Shown: positions 1-12,130, numbered from the stretch's first letter. The stretch: DNA of 52,531 nt from Nemertoderma westbladi (GCA_032718475.1 JAUCBJ010001225.1:1-52531); one strand, 5' to 3'. Translations and numbers: made by a program. Notes: a model not told the origin generated them from the sequence alone.

Positions 1-401
1 AATGTTGTTGATCTATTGTTGATCTACTTGGTCGAAATCCATTTTGGCTCTTATGCAGTAGTTTCTCTATGTGAGGCCTAATCCTATATAGAATCATTTT
101 ATTGTATATTTTGGCAGCTACCACAAGCAGACAGATCCCACGATAGTTTGTTGGTATGCCGAGGTCTTCTTTCTTGGGGAGAGGCTTTAGTTGACCTTTA
201 GTCCAAATTGGTGGTAGCTTTTCCCCTTTTAACATCAGGTTGCAAACATTCAATAATGGTCTGTTTAGCACTCCGGTTTTCCATACCTCCGCTGGGATTT
301 CATATAATCCACTCGCTTTATTATTGGACATGCTTTTAATGCTTCTTTGGAGTTCGGCAGGTGTGAAGTCCCCTGTTTCTATAGGTAGTGTCTTCTCATA
401 T
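1..401 (-). mobile_element. RTE-clade non-LTR retrotransposon fragment (antisense copy, continues off left edge; its 5' remnant resumes at about 2220-2237)
   Basis: About 60-400 is the reverse complement of about 905-1247 (KASGLDEIPAEVWK...PLPKKGD..NYRGI..KIYNKMILYRIRPHIEKL). 1-59 on the minus strand reads ..SQNGFRPSRSTIDQ, an RT motif missing from the plus copy. Confidence 0.85.
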
Positions 402-2212
402 CAGAATATACCAGAATACATACAAACACACATACAGAATACAGTACATAGATACCAGAATATAATAACAGCCCACAAGGAATCAGCTAAGAGGCATATC
501 CCCTAGAAACCCAAACGAATACAGTATGTGCCATGGCAAAACTCTGAGGTTACTTGTAAGAGAGAAGATCCTGATAGCCTACAAAGTTAAAACCGAACAA
601 CCAACAACCGAAAACATTAACAAAGTTGAGAAAGCTAAGGACGATCTTAAATTGGCCTACAACATCAGCCAGGAAAAGTACATACAGGATAAAACTGAAG
701 CAATTACAACTGCTCACATTTAGCAACAATCAAGACTTACCTGGCAAACTGTAAATGAGGTATCTGTTCGGAAAAGTTGTGCAAAGGGGCGCCTCAAAGC
801 CGATAGTCCTGAAGAACGTGTTGGGAAGTGGAAAAACCACTTCAGCAACTTGCTTGGGCAGCCACCAAACATACAGCCTACAAGGGCAGCCTACAAGGAA
901 AATATATGACAAGACACCACCTATAGAAACAGGGGACTTCACACCTGCCGAACTCCAAAGAAGCATTAAAAGTACGTCCAATAATAAAGCGAGTGGATTA
1001 GATGAAATCCCAGCGGAGGTATGGAAAACCGGAGTGCTAAACAGACCATTATTGAATGTTTGCAACCGGATGTTAAAAAGGGGAAAAGCCACCACCAATT
1101 TGGACTAAAGGTCAACTAAAGCCTCTCCCCCAAGAAAGGAGACCTCGGCATACCAACAAACTATCATGGAATCTGTCTGCTTGTGGTAGCTGCCAAAATA
1201 TACAATAAAATGATTCTATATAGGATTAGGCCTCACATAGAGAAACTAATTCAAAGAATCCCCCCGCAGTCATGACTTTTGTGGACTTCAAGAAGGCATT
1301 CGACTCGATCCATAGAGGTAAAATGCTTGAAATCCTAAGAGCTTATGGAATACCAGAAGTAATTGTTGCTGGCATTGGATTGTTATATTGTGACACAGAA
1401 GCGCAGGTACTCTCACCAGATGGTGAAACTGAGTATTTCTCAATCCTGGCTGGCGTACTGCAAGGTGACACATTAGCACCATTACTATTTGTAATTGTGC
1501 TGGAATACGCAATGAGGACGGCCACAACGGGGGAAGATCTGGGATTCACACTTCAAGAACGCAGAAGTAGTAGATATCTGGCAACTACAGTCACAGACAC
1601 CGACTTTGCGGATCACATCGCCCTGCTCTCTAATACGCTAGCAGATGCACAGCTTCTACTAAATAAAGTGGAGAGGGCTGCTAAGGAGGTTGGATTGCAT
1701 ATAAATGCTACAAAGACCGAATTCATGACCTTTAATGTTGATGGAAACTTGACAACCATTGATAATAATCAACTAAGGAAGGTCGATGACTTCCAGTACC
1801 TTGGATCATGGATAGAGAGTAGCAAAAAGGACATAGAAGTTAGGAAAGCAAAGGAGTTCGCAAAGCAGCTCTATCAAAAATGGATACCATCTGGAAATCA
1901 GATCTCTCAAGGTACCTGAAGACTAAGTTCTTTCGAGCCACAGTGGAAAGTGTATTTTTATACGGGGGTGAGACCTGGACACTGACTAAATCACTTGAAC
2001 AACGAATTGATCATACCAGGTCATACCAGATCTACTTCTCTGGCAACCAACTCATGGAAAGCGTAGTCGTGGACGACCGGCTATAACATATATAGATCAA
2101 CTTGAATGGGATACTGAACTAGGGAAAAACGAAATTGCGACAACTATGGAGAATCGGGAAGCCTGGAAGGATCTCATTTCCACTGTCCGAGTTCGCTCGA
2201 CCTAGTAGTAGT
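402..2212 (+). mobile_element. 5'-truncated, frameshifted RTE-clade LINE (reverse transcriptase pseudogene) with (TAG)n tail and 8-bp TSD
   Basis: RT motifs FVDFKKAFDSI, GVLQGDTLAPLLF, DFAD(H)IAL, FQYLGS, VESVFLYGGETW spread over broken ORFs. 3' end CGAGTTCGCTCGACC(TAG)3; direct repeat TCTCATAT at 394-401 and 2212-2219. Confidence 0.9.
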
Positions 2213-2749
2213 CTCATATATTTTCCTTGTAGGGCTGACAATTAGGTTGAACGAGCTGTATGCCTCGTAGTTGATCATGCCGTTTCTCCACTTTTTGTTT
2301 ACAAGGTTACAACCCCAGTTGTGCTTTGGTTCCATTAGGGTCACTAATGTTAACTAATGTCAACTAAATTACCACTAAATTATATTAATTATCACTATAA
2401 TGTATTTAGTCAATACTAAAATATATTCATTGTCACTAAATAAGGGAAAGAAGCACGTACCAGAGGCACGTTATTATAACCAAAACAATAAACGAAATTC
2501 AATAGGTCACGAACGAAAATCACAGGTTACAATTTTTGAGGATGTTCGCCGCTCCTGTGGTGTAACATGGCCTTTAGCGGGATCTAAGGTCGTTCTACCA
2601 CCCACCAATATCTACGCTCACTAAATAATATGCGGCTAATCAATCATACATTAATACATTGCAACAAACTAATAGTCATTGTAATATTAATAAAACGGGT
2701 GTTTAACGGTGAGGGCGTTTAAGATGTATATATTTAATGTTTCACTCAC

Positions 2750-4412
2750 CCATCCAAATTCTCGATTTATCCGATTCGCACAACTCCATCAACGGATGAA
2801 CCTCAACATCGTCCTCCGGTGCGTAGGACGGGAGTGATAGAACCCCGCGGGTGGTGGGATACATCTGGGCCCAGAGTGTGAGAACAACCAGATCGAGGCA
2901 GACGAACCCCAGGACTACGCAATGCAGGTGCCATGGTCGGATCACACGCGTCTGCTTCTTGTCGCTAGTCGTAAACAGGTAGATGCACCAGATCTTAGCG
3001 AACATAGACCCGTAAGACAAACTAAAACCAATGCTAATCAACCACTTGTTGATGCTGCAAAGGTATTTGAAAAGATTTTCACTCAATACAATGACGTTGT
3101 TATCAATACCAAGAGTGAAAACACTAGCTAGGCTAATTATACAACCTAGAAGCATAAGATTATTGACACTAGCATGGGATAGCAAAATGTATTTCCTTCT
3201 GTTGTGGACAACATTGAATGCCAGGAATGCGATTGCTGTGACTATTCCGATGCTAGCTAGACTGCACATACCCACATACAGCTGCTTGTCAATGCTAACG
3301 AATATCTGTTTGATAACTTTACTGTCTTTAGGAACTGGTTTGAATGATACATTTGCCCCTGTTTGATTCCACAGAATGGCTTTGTCGTTCCACTGCAGGG
3401 AAACTCCTTCTTTAAACTCGTATGTTCCTATTTGCACGTACATACCGTTTATCATTTGTTCTATTGTTGTCGAGGCCTTCCGATCACCAGTTTTTGTAAA
3501 TTCAACCTCCCCTGATATGCCGGAAAATTTAATATTTTCCAATGATTTTTTCAATGATTTATAATATTTTTCGTCGCTGTAATCGAAATTTTCAAGTTGT
3601 AAGTCTTTACTCGTGGAATTAAGTGCCATCGCTATGGCGTAAATGGCATCAAATGCCAAAGGGGCTTCTGGCCAACCCCCAGCATCTTCTTTGCCCAAAA
3701 TCTTCTTCAAACGTTCTCTAAACTGATTGGGAGTGACGCCGGAATAAGTAATGAAGTCGCCCCTGGGGTCTATCATCTGTATCTCAGTGGTAAGATGACC
3801 CTCCACTGCCACTCGCATCTCATCCACAGTGCAGTCCACATCTCCGACTTTTGTGTACCAGTTATCTGGGTAGAACCCCAACAGGATCCACACGTATTTG
3901 TCACCATACAGACCTTGTTTGTAAGCCTCGCAGAAAACCTGCCGTGCTACAGTCTCATAGAACAATCCGATTATAATCCGCGCGTTTTTCGCTTTAAGAT
4001 TTGAGAGTGCAGTTGATGGGTCAGATTGAAACAATTGTCGAGTTATTTCTGTTATTTGAAGTTTTTTTAACGTTTCAAAATCATCGAAAAGTCCTTCTAT
4101 TTGCTTCTCAAACAATTCCTCATATTGTACTAGTGTCGCTACCTTTTTCCAGCGAAATTTTTTAAATATTTCGATTCTTGCGGGGTTGTGGAGCAAGCCG
4201 ACAGGATGTGTTCGGAAGAATGTAGGGAACCTCGTGTTATTGGACAGGGCTGGCGAGCTGGAGCCGTAAGATACCATTAGAAGCTTCCAGTAAACCACAG
4301 CCTCGGCGACAGTTGTAGAAACTGTAGAACAACCGGGTCCCAACAACATTATCTTTGTTGGTTTGTTGTAGATGAGCTCGTATAGGATCTTAAATCCAAG
4401 ACCGGCGCTGCA
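2750..4412 (-). CDS. GABBR1: GABA-B receptor subunit 1, coding exon 3 (Venus flytrap domain through TM4/ECL2); gene continues left of the window
   Basis: GPGCSTVSTTVAEA, SYGSSSPALSN..RFPTFFRTHP, ARIIIGLFYET, YVW, EAPLAFDA and GFSLSYGSMFAKIW match class C GABA-B R1. Acceptor ttccag|TGC at 4412 (phase 0); donor ATG G|gtgagt at 2750. Confidence 0.95.
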
Positions 4413-4761
4413 CTGGAATAGTAAACAATTAAAACTGGTTGTAAAACGAATGAATTTCGATTTGAAATTGAAACTATATTACAACCAGCGTGGTATTGGT
4501 TTATTATATAGTATAATAAAATTTATCAGTTGGTGTCAACGTACTTTTCAGACAGAACTGAGTCTTCAGAACTGAATCCAACCCTTTTACTATACACCCA
4601 ACTGCGGAACCCATCATCCCATCATGACGTCCTACCCACCTACATTATTTTCCCAGTGGCCTGGCTACTCTCGGTAAATAAAATATCTCGAGTATAATAG
4701 TGAAAATAATGTTCTACATTATTTACCATGCAATAACTAATTATTATCCAATACAACTAAC

Positions 4762-4880
4762 CTCAGTATTGTGCATTTGTAGCTCCAATCTGTAGTCGGG
4801 CAATAAATCTTTTCTCTCGTTAACTAAATCCAAAGCCATCTCCGATGCAGGTTTACAAGCCACACCCCCTTCCCAAGATC
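4762..4880 (-). CDS. GABBR1: GABA-B receptor subunit 1, coding exon 2
   Basis: ttttctag|GA TCT TGG...ACT GAG|gttagt. Encodes (G)SWEGGVACKPASEMALDLVNERKDLLPDYRLELQMHNTE, like vertebrate [27 protein letters not shown]. Phases 1 and 0 fit the neighbouring exons. Confidence 0.93.
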
Positions 4881-5390
4881 CTAGAAAATGATATTGTTGT
4901 TGTTATGGTAACTGATCATTCAGGATATCGAATCGCATATATCGGTTAAATAAGGGTAGAGCAATTATTATTGTTTTATTTTATTTATTCATTCCTATTA
5001 AAGTGGAGACTGGAGATGGAGTGAGAAACCCTAATTAAATGAATGGGGCTGTTTGTTAAAATATCCCAATATTTGGTCTACAATGCCTGTTTGTGTAGTC
5101 AGTATGTGCTGTATTTTTGTGGATAATCATCATAGTCTTGCATGGCCGGGGAATTAATACCGGCCCTATTAATATAATACCGACAATATTAAAATTGCAA
5201 CATAATGTAACTTAGTAGTTCATCATGTGACACATGGCAATATTTCGAATCGCAACAAATTTATATCCCACTAAAAATAATCCTTCACCAAAAATTATTA
5301 TTCTCCACTATTTACAGTATAAATATATTTCCACTAAAAATAATAATTTTTAATTTTTTCTATTTAGGTCCTATATTTTTTATCCATCAA

Positions 5391-5432
5391 ATGACGTCAT
5401 AATTTATGGTCGACCATAAATTATGACCTCAT
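5391..5432. repeat. 42-bp near-perfect palindrome (32-bp perfect core 5396-5427)
   Basis: GTCATAATTTATGGTCGACCATAAATTATGAC is its own reverse complement. Confidence 0.9.
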
Positions 5433-5487
5433 GGAGAACTTCTAGAAAATAAAAAATAATTAATTGGCAAAGATCATCCACGGTATA

Positions 5488-5515
5488 CTACTACTACTAG
5501 GTCGAGCGAACTCGG
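5488..5515 (-). mobile_element. 28-nt ultra-truncated 3' end of the same RTE LINE with 14-bp TSD
   Basis: Reverse complement CCGAGTTCGCTCGACC(TAG)4 matches 2187-2212. Flanked by TCATCCACGGTATA at 5474-5487 and 5516-5529. Confidence 0.9.
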
Positions 5516-7121
5516 TCATCCACGGTATAATTAACTAAAATCATTTAAATTGTAAATCACTTTCCACTAAACTTATTCAATTGCCACTCTAATTTACGTA
5601 TAATTGTACCTAAAAAATTCCTCACTTAGTGATTAATTTAATATATTATTATTTTTTAATAATCTAAAGGGAGATTGTGAAATATGTTTTATTCTTAAAT
5701 TGCTACTTTTTCGCTCGAATTTAGACTAACATCGGAAGACAAAGTTGCACTTTTTCCCTAGGGGAAAAAGTAACACAAAGGATTGCATTGATTTTACTTC
5801 TTTTCCCGGCGAAAAAAAGTAAATTAAAATATTTTTGGTGGAATAATTTCTTAAATTTTATTAAATGTATACAAAAAGAGCATTGACGTAGAAAAGGTTT
5901 GCAGGAAATTTGAGCAAAATCCATGCATGCACTCACAAGTTATGGCAACTTTAGTGTCTACGCGGCGTACTCCAAAACGGAACTCAATATCCAATATTGG
6001 TTTCTGTATGTTGTTAAGTGGCTCTCTAGTTACGTAGTAAATATTCTAGAACACTAAATTATTTAACATTGAGTAAAGGCAGCATCAGTAGTTGAATAGT
6101 ACAATAAATTGAATCGTATTAACTATGGAAGCAATATAGTAAAATAATAGTTCAATTTATTTTGTCACACTATATCGCTGTACGTTTTATTAAATAATTA
6201 AGCAACAAAAAAAGTACAAATTTTAAGAATAAAATTACGTATTACATGGGGAAAAAACATAGGACAATTTTTTTTCAATATTCTCCCGACCCGACCCTTT
6301 ATTAACCTCGCTGGCGCTCGGTAAATAAAATGCCTCGAGAATAATGAAAAAAAAGTTCTCCTTTTTTTCCCATGTAATAAATAATTATTTTTAACTAGAG
6401 CGCGATAATTATCGACTGTAGACGTGTATGTAGAGCGCTCTACTAAATTAACTACCGTAGAGCGCTCGTGGCTATACATACAGTAGGTTACAGTAGACAA
6501 TAAATTTTTATAAATTTCAGATTTTATACAGTGATTTTGTAGAGGTTATGGTTGTTGTGAATTTTGAGAATTGTTAGATTATTATTTTGGTTAGAGTTAG
6601 TTGGTTGCGCCTCAACCCCAATTAAAAATTTAAAACTGCCAAGTAACCCTAACCCTAAGTCACAATCTAAGAAATTTACAAATTTCAGGGGACTATTTCC
6701 CTAATGGAAGTTAAATTAAAAAAAACAATTTTATCTCTTTTTTTAGTTTGATAGCAGGGCTTTCATGTGGTGACATCAGCTTTCTCCATTGAATGATTTT
6801 TTCAACCACAAAACAGCACTTTTCAACAACATAATTTATGTCTGATATTCGTGACTCTCTGAAAAAACAACCTTGTTCTCCGATAGCCGAATTTGACTTT
6901 TTTCATCACTGAATTCTCTACTACTTTTTCATTATTCCTCAATTGTTGTCTACAATATTTGATTCCTAAAATATAGCCTGAACATACTAAAACCCCCATA
7001 AATTTTTCAAAAAACCTCATTTTGGGCTAAAATTTCATAGAAGATAGCCTATGTACATATCTTGGTCCATTTTGCCAAAGTCCTGGTCTGCGAACTTCAA
7101 CCCAGGTGGTATTACAGATCC

Positions 7122-8614
7122 TTAACCCTGTTAAACCCGGGGGGGGGGGGGGGGTCAATATAACACCTCGCGGTTTTTTTTGTTATAACTCTGCAAAAAA
7201 CACAGCTGGGAATCTATTTTACGATTTTTCCTAAAAATATACTGCCTTCCTAATAATTGAAAATGGTTTTTAAAAATATTGGGAACTTTTCGAGTTCTTG
7301 CTTCATTTGATTTCATCGATGCTTCATTTGTTTTGAGACGTTTTTTGAAATTACATTCTTTTTTTAATTCATCAAATACGATATCTTTGAGTTACACTAC
7401 GCCTGTTTTTTCGTGTTCGCAATCAGATGGAATATATACGATTTCCACCAGGCATATCAAACTTGTATTTTTCGGTGCTGTGTGCAAAATTTGATGCCAG
7501 CACAAATTTTGAAAATCCATTCAATTGATTGTGACAACTTATTTCTCGCAATTTGAGGTTTATCCCCCATAAACCTCATATTGCGAGAAATAAGTTGAGA
7601 ATTCAATGGAATAAATAATTACATCACTAGACATCTCAAGCTTGCATTTTGTGAAAGTTGTCAAAAAAATTTGAAACCCATTAAATATATCAATTCATTG
7701 TGTCACGTTTTTACTTGCGTTATACGGGTTTGTGAGGGTTCTACTGTAAATTCAATGGAATATTAAAAAATTGCATAAGAGTTCTTTTTCGGCGGTGAGT
7801 GAAAATTTTTGAAAATAAGCAAATTTGATCAATAAATAGTAACATCTTGTTTCTTGCGTTATGTGGGTTCATGTGGGTCCTGAATCCGATTGAATCAATA
7901 AAAACAGCACTGGACAGCGAAATTTGGTACTTAATAGTAGCACACAAATGTGGCATTTTACGCAGAAAAATACGAGTCGCAGCGATTTGGAAATTTAGAA
8001 ATGTATTCTATTAGAATCAGCGCCCGAGAAAACCTGAAAAGGTGAATTTATAGCATCAAATGAGCAGATGGGGGGTGGGGGGGAACTGGACGCAATAAAA
8101 ATTAATCCCTCTCCAGGACGCAAATAATAGCTGATTAGTCTAAAATTTACTCTAAAAATAAAACTTTAACCTGTTCTATTGTGTTTAGTTTATTGTTTTG
8201 GTTAAAATAACGTGCCACTGTTACCTGCTCCTTTCCCTAAATTGCGAATTTAACATTGAGGCGGGATATTAATTCGTGTTTAAACTGAAATGTGCTGGTT
8301 ACTTATATTTTTATTTTTTTAGGACTAAAACTGTCATTTATAGAAATCCGATCATTTTTAAATATCCTCCAATGGATTCAGCGCTCCAGAAAACCTGTAT
8401 TGAAAAAAGATTAGCTGAAAATTGTAACTTGTTGTTCTCAAATGTTTTGAAAAATTGTTCACTACTTTAAATTTGGGTGAAACCTACGTACAGACAAAAA
8501 ATCTGATTTTTTCATTAAAATTTTAGAGGGGGGGGGGGGGGGGGGGGGGGGGAATTTGACCCCCACCACCCGGATTTTGTACAACATAGCCCGGTACTAC
8601 TGTATTCGGGTTAA
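7122..8614. mobile_element. Possible piggyBac-like non-autonomous element
   Basis: Starts TTAA-CCCTG...CCCGG(G)n-GTCAA and ends (G)n..TTGACCCCC..CCGG...CGGG-TTAA. TTAA flanks with CCC/GGG termini; TIRs degenerate. Confidence 0.45.
7535..7597. repeat. Hairpin, 29-bp stem (1 mismatch), CCCCC loop
   Basis: CAACTTATTTCTCGCAATTTGAGGTTTAT-ccccc-ATAAACCTCATATTGCGAGAAATAAGTTG. Confidence 0.9.
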
Positions 8615-8993
8615 ACATGATATATTTTAAAGATAAATGCCTGAAAACTTTGAAAAAAACCGACCTGCACAAAAAGTGCCATATTTTTTCGAACAAAAGG
8701 GTTTAGGACTACATCATTTTAAAAGATCACAAATCATTGTGTTAAAGTTCAGAATAGTAGGCCTAGCTTTATAAATAAAAAAATAGATTTGGGGTAATGG
8801 GACCATTGGTCCCCTTATTAAAAAAAAATAGGCCTACCAATAATTTCTTCATATAAATTAAATTCCGACCGAAATGTGAAAATCTGGTATAGGCCTACTT
8901 CAGATGGGCAATCTTCCCTGTAAGTAGGCCTACAGTAAACCGTACTAAGCGCAAAGCGTATCCGTAACCGTACCTGTATGTAAAACTACTCAC

Positions 8994-9132
8994 CACTTAA
9001 GGGAAACATAGCACCAATATAAAGGACTTTCCGTGTATCATTAACAGTTGTTGTAGTGTTGTTAGGGTCACTCCAACAGAACCCCGTCTGAACCAAAAGG
9101 CAAACAAAAAATAACATATAAATATAACCCAT
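8994..9132 (-). CDS. GABBR1: GABA-B receptor subunit 1, coding exon 1 (signal peptide, no sushi domains)
   Basis: MGYIYMLFFVCLLVQTGFCWSDPNNTTTTVNDTRKVLYIGAMFPLS G|gtgagt. Hydrophobic signal peptide, then LYIGAMFPLSG matching vertebrate VYIGALFPMSG. Phase 1 joins exon 2. Confidence 0.9.
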
Positions 9133-10710
9133 CGCGATGCAATTATTTAATGAATATTATTGTTGTAGGCCTAGGTGAATTTCTGCTTAAATATTATTGA
9201 CTTCGCGATTCTCAAATTTCCTTAAAACTAAGAAGGTCTCATTGGGTTGCAGGAGTTTGTCTGACTATGATTTATCATTCCAGCTGGTACTTTGCGTTGC
9301 TTCCCAGCATATCTGCACTGTCAACCAACCTGAGTTGATTAGTTTGCCTTTCCGTTGGGAATGCTCCCTCCCTCCCAACTGCTGCTAGGATACAGTACAA
9401 CCAACCAATTCCGAAGACAATATACGCCAAAATTATTCCTCCTTTACAACTGTTCTTTGCACACTCTAGCGGGTTCATTGGAATCGGAAATAATTGATTG
9501 TATTAGAGTAGTATCTCACTTGGGGACGCTTCAATGCACCCCATCAAAACTATAATATCAGGTAATTAATTATTATATTTACGCTGTGTCGCATTTGTAC
9601 AGTAGGCAGCGTAATAATTATATCACACCACCTGTATATTTAGTTTGCGTCACGAAATTTCATGATATAAACGTCACTGAAGTGACGTGACCTACTGGAC
9701 CATTTTTCAATATTTAAAAGTGACACATCTGGTGCGTAAACGGTATAGGCCTACGCCGTCAATCGTAATTAAATTAATTATTAATTGTGGGAAAGCAACA
9801 AGTTACATTGGAAGGCTTTTCTAACCAAAACAATAAACGAGAGTCAAAGACCACATGTTACAATTTCCGGACTGCAGTGGTTGTCGGTTGTCGGCGTAGC
9901 GTTTACACACAGACATCTGATACCAACAAAGTCTTGTTGAACTAGTTTAATTCCACATGTATTTAGAGGCCATTCAGTTTCGGTGACACTTGCCACAATT
10001 AGAAGTATTTAGGGCACAAATTCCTAAAATGCTTTTTATACTAGTTTATCATATGCAAGGTTAACTAAAAGATATAAGAGCATTAACAAACTTTTAGTTC
10101 GCAATTTATATTTTTATGTCACTTATACACGTTGTGGGGTCTTCGAGCAGCACGTGTTAAAATGTTCAATGACTGAGCAGCGACTAATTAACAAATTTAT
10201 GAGGGATTCATTGACCAGCTACAGACAGATCAATATTGTAACATATATTTTAGTTTAATGTTTGATTCAATTAAAGGCACAAATTAAAAAGGCTGCAAAT
10301 ATATTGGGGTGAATAATTAAATTAGTCACCCATTAAAAGGTAGCCAATTATAAGTTGCAATCTATATAAATTTTTAAATTCAGTAGTGTGCGTGTGTTGT
10401 GTATTGATTCCGTAGATTTCATGTTGAAATAGCGTTCATTAACTTAATTTCTATTTAATTATTCAGGCATACTAATACCCACTTTAAATTAGTTCGTGTG
10501 TGTTAAGTGTGTAAGATTTGATTGTTTTGGCACGAACCCATTAGGGCACAGAAACTGACGGATTCTTCGCGAATCTCGCAAACGTCGCGAATTTCGCAAA
10601 CGTCGCAAACTTCGGTAATTTTTTCTACAATTTTGACTCCTTAAGCAAAAGTGTCCCGAATGAGTTTTTTAACTTTTATTTCTTTGTGATTTTGATTGCT
10701 TTTTTATATT

Positions 10711-10940
10711 AGTGAATGTTCTAGAACCTTAGTAGATTTTTTATGGTATATAGCTAGTATTTTTTACTAGCTAGTAATTTTTGGAAATTATTTTGGTCAT
10801 TAATATATTCTTCAACAGTTTAACCTGAAATATCATGGACTTTCACATTTTTTATAATTTCTAAAAATACTAGCTAGCAAAAAACACTACCGGTAGCTAT
10901 CATAAAGAACATATCTACTAATGTTCTAGAACTTTCACCA
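10711..10940. repeat. Imperfect inverted repeat (MITE/foldback-like), arms about 80-90 bp
   Basis: GTGAATGTTCTAGAACCTTAGTAGAT...CTAGCTAGTA..AAATTAT pairs with ATAATTT..TACTAGCTAG...ATCTACTAATGTTCTAGAACTTTCAC. Confidence 0.65.
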
Positions 10941-11041
10941 ATAACAAAAAAATTTAAAAACTCTAAAAAAGGATTGGTGAAGAATGGCTGGGGTGTCGAC
11001 AGGGCGAAGTAGGGACCGTGTTGCTTAACCCCTTAGAGCCT

Positions 11042-11096
11042 ATGACGTCCAGTGCATGTCACCATGGACAACACTAAGACATGCAGTGGACGTCAT
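11042..11096. repeat. 19-bp inverted repeat (1 mismatch)
   Basis: ATGACGTCCAGTGCATGTC ... GACATGCAGTGGACGTCAT, preceded by TTAACCCC (possible small MITE end). Confidence 0.75.
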
Positions 11097-11279
11097 GCTG
11101 CAATACATGTTTTATTGGAAGGCTCTTGGTCTAGGTATACTGGTGGATAGTATTAAAGACATTTAGTGCTCTTCATGGCAAAAAATCCATTCTGTACTGT
11201 AGATAGGATAGGCTTTATTGTAGACTGTATTATCAATGTTAGGTATATGGCGTAATGCCAACCACAGTACAGTAGTACA

Positions 11280-11676
11280 GACTGACAGTAAGACCGACAG
11301 ACAGACAGACTGGATTTATGTAAACGTGTAAACTGACATCAGAAATGAAATCAGCAACCCTTAACACCCCCATAACGAGAATGTTAGTTAGTTTGTATTC
11401 TTTTTAAAGTTTTGACAGACTGACTGACTGACAGAAAGACCGACAGTCCGACAAACTAGATTAATGTAAACCTGAAAACTGACATCAGAAATGAAATCAG
11501 CACCCCTTAAAACCCCCATAGCGAGAATGTTAGTTAATTTGAATTATTTTTTATGTTTTGACAGACTGACTAACAGAATTACCGACAGACAGACAGACTA
11601 GATTTATGTAAACGTGAAAACTGACATCAGAAATGTAATCAGCACCCCTTAAAACCCCCACAGCGAGAATGTTAGC
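11280..11676. repeat. About 143-bp tandem repeat x3 with (GACA/GACT)n microsatellites (HINE/DINE-like internal array)
   Basis: ACTGACATCAGAAATG..ATCAGCACCCCTTAA..CCCCCA..GCGAGAATGTTAG recurs at about 11334, 11478 and 11620. Confidence 0.85.
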
Positions 11677-11964
11677 GACACGTTTTAATTATTAACCATA
11701 TTTCGTAAGATATATTTCATCATCGTGTCTGCACGGTATTTCACATAGCGCCCCATTTGGTGATCTCCAGTGAATGTTTGGATTTGACCTGACCAAATTG
11801 GTTTACTACGGAAGATCCGCAGTGGGCACACCTGAGCGGGTGTGGGCCACTCGGACTAGGACTTTGTAATTGTTTTGCAAATATTGGGACCATGCATTTT
11901 CTAACTTACAGGTTTCGTTGCATTGCTTGGATCAAACTTATCCTGTATTCTATAATGCGTGGTA

Positions 11965-12130
11965 TTTTACTCTCCGACATCGGTAGAGGTGAAGAGGTGT
12001 GTTGTTGGTCTGCCTCTGCGTCATTGGGGCGGGGGGGGAGGGGGGGGGGGGGGTGTATTGGGGCAAGTGTCAGATTCATCTATTCGTGTTGATGGTTGGT
12101 GAGGATTCTACTTCTGGCTAGGTCTGGCCT
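11965..12130 (-). pseudogene. Degenerate non-LTR retrotransposon C-terminal relic
   Basis: Minus strand gives fragments like ..RIDESDTCP..TTHLFT, resembling the LINE ORF2 zinc-knuckle tail. Interrupted by a G-run. Confidence 0.35.

Noticed and set aside
8527-8552. Long G/C homopolymers (also about 7139, 12030, 16720, 22056, 22602) as regulatory G4 elements
   Set aside because: Mostly inside TE-like sequence, and lengths are unreliable in amplified long-read data.
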